DNA of 25,245 bases from a virus (Duplodnaviria > Caudoviricetes): positions 1 through 25,245 of IMG/VR virus record IMGVR_UViG_3300044614_001158; one strand, 5' to 3'. Position 1 is the first letter of the stretch. The number at the start of each line of letters is the position of its first letter. The notes beneath the pieces are model-generated. The model was not told the origin of the DNA. It did not search any database and saw nothing but the letters and a program-made list of their open reading frames with translations. Made by a program: the position numbers and the translations under genes. Shown here piece by piece: positions 23,548 to 25,245 of the stretch.

Positions 23548-25245
23548 ATGGCTTCGTTTGGTGAAGGTCTAATCAGCGGGTTCACCGCCGTATACGGCAC
23601 GATGGCCCGCGCCTCCCTTCAACGTGAGCAGGCAGCATATTTTCGCAACCAACGCGAAGGCGCGGAGGAGTTTCAGCGCCGTGGTCGCGAGTTGCAGCGT
23701 GAGTTGGGGATTGACCCGAACGCCACTGTGCGGGCGCCGCAGGCAGCGCCGGCACCCGAGGGTGCGCCGCAAGAGCAAGGCTCTGCTCCCGCCGCCACGC
23801 CACAACCACAACAAGGCGCGGTTCAGGGGGCACTTGCCGGCGCCCCCGCGCAGGCGGCGCCTACTCCTTCTCAGGCTCCAGCGACGACACCACAAGCGCC
23901 GGTCCAGACGGGCGTTGCGGGATCAGGAGGTCCATCTCAGCGCCCGCCAGTTTCACCGGAAGATTTCGAGCGCGCTGCGAACAGTGGTGATCCCGTACTT
24001 ATGGCTACCGCTGCCGGTGTAGTCGCGGGCTCCCAAGGTAACGTGCCTGGGCAAACAGGTGACACGCGCGGCCCGCAGCAGTTGGTAAGCGAAGTAGCGG
24101 CGGCAAACGGTGGTGTACGCGGTCCTCTCACCCGTCAGCACTGGAACACCTACTACGAGCGCCGCATCAACGACGCCATGGAACTCCTGCCGCCAGATCA
24201 GGCGGTGCGCGTTGTCGGTATGCTCGACCAACAGCGTCAGCGTGGGTTTGGCCAAATGATTTCTCTCGCAGTCGCCGCGGCTGAAGCCGGGGACGCTCAG
24301 GGGGCGACGCGGGCGCTTTTTGGCGCCTCGAACTTTATGCCTGACGGATTCAAAGACGACTTCCGAGTCGCGGCGAACGGGCGGGCCATTGAGATCGTAC
24401 GCACGCCTGAATCCGGCCAGGGCGAACCGCAACGCATGACTGTGCCGCTTGATCAGGTGTCTCGGTACGCGACGACCATGCTCGACCCGAAGTGGTCAAT
24501 GACGCACCAACTGCAAGTGCGGCAGCTTGATGAATCCAGCCGCGCCGCGCGTGCGCGTGAGGGACTGCAAGGGGCAGAGTTGGCTTTGCGCCGCGAAGAC
24601 CGCGCCGAACGCCGAGCGTTCGATGCCCGAGGCGGTGAGGCTATCAACCTCACGCGCAGTATCGCGCGTATGGAAGGTGAATACGAAGACGCCGTTACTG
24701 CGGGGAACAACGAACAGGCGGAAAGGCTGCGCGCAAGCCTTGACGCTGAGCGCGGTAAACTTACCGATGTTCTGTCGCAAGGCGTAAGCACATCCGCCGC
24801 TGCCGGTATGACGCGCGCTGAAACGGACGCTGCGAGGACTCGAATCCAGGCGCGAGTCGCGGCCACACGGCAGCAGCGTGTGAGTACTCTGGAAGAACTT
24901 GGGCGTGATTCATTGTCGCTACGTGAACGCGCGCTTGACGACGCCATGAATAGACACAGCGACCGCTATGACGCAACGCTTGAGCGGTTGAGTCAGCAGG
25001 AACGTGTAGTCGCGGTGCGAGAGGATTATCTCCGCGCACGGGTCGCAAGGGACACTGCTCGCGACGAGGAAAGTCGTAAGCGCGCTGAAGCAATGATGGC
25101 GTTTACGGAGCGCCGTATTCGCGTACTCGAAAGGGGCGCGGAACGTCGCGAAGGCGATGAGTCGCGCATCACACCGCAGACACGGACTGAGACGGATAGG
25201 GCGCTTGATGCGTACACATCCACACGTCCACAAAATTCAACCGTG
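23548..25245 (+). CDS. Large internal virion / ejection protein, 3'-truncated by the window (at least 566 aa; not in the ORF track)
   Basis: AGGAGG RBS; MASFGEGLISGF...; frame open to the end of the window; P/A/Q-rich linker then R/E-rich coiled coils. Confidence 0.8.
   Translation, partial: MASFGEGLISGFTAVYGTMARASLQREQAAYFRNQREGAEEFQRRGRELQRELGIDPNATVRAPQAAPAPEGAPQEQGSAPAATPQPQQGAVQGALAGAPAQAAPTPSQAPATTPQAPVQTGVAGSGGPSQRPPVSPEDFERAANSGDPVLMATAAGVVAGSQGNVPGQTGDTRGPQQLVSEVAAANGGVRGPLTRQHWNTYYERRINDAMELLPPDQAVRVVGMLDQQRQRGFGQMISLAVAAAEAGDAQGATRALFGASNFMPDGFKDDFRVAANGRAIEIVRTPESGQGEPQRMTVPLDQVSRYATTMLDPKWSMTHQLQVRQLDESSRAARAREGLQGAELALRREDRAERRAFDARGGEAINLTRSIARMEGEYEDAVTAGNNEQAERLRASLDAERGKLTDVLSQGVSTSAAAGMTRAETDAARTRIQARVAATRQQRVSTLEELGRDSLSLRERALDDAMNRHSDRYDATLERLSQQERVVAVREDYLRARVARDTARDEESRKRAEAMMAFTERRIRVLERGAERREGDESRITPQTRTETDRALDAYTSTRPQNSTV

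Noticed and set aside
23569-25233. Several short ORFs listed in the track at the right end
   Set aside because: All overlap a single uninterrupted plus-strand frame from 23548 with a strong RBS, omitted from the track because it has no stop in the window.

Overview
This window is a ~25 kb segment of a GC-rich (roughly 60% by eye) podovirus-type tailed phage; an alphaproteobacterial host is inferred, not shown. 1-2230 holds a leftward, early-looking region of unknown genes. It has two copies of a 27-bp element followed by a boxA-like site, a near-identical hairpin/RBS linker repeated between small genes, and a dense cluster of GANTC sites. 2326-3383 is a rightward regulatory operon (ribbon-helix-helix and HTH proteins). 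Small and large terminase lie on the minus strand, divergent from the structural operon. That operon runs: portal, scaffold, major capsid, adaptors, collar-domain fibre, Ig-like protein, lysis cassette, tiny basic proteins, tailspike, 15-aa-repeat fibre and chaperone, a heme-oxygenase-fold protein, tail nozzle, GNAT, an ejection protein with an S74 domain, and a large ejection protein that runs off the end. The most notable signals are the heme-oxygenase-like gene coupled into a tail module with HxH-rich fibres, the GANTC island with GANTC-containing promoter-like repeats, and the cassette-like early gene array. All calls come from motif recognition and synteny; no searches were run.
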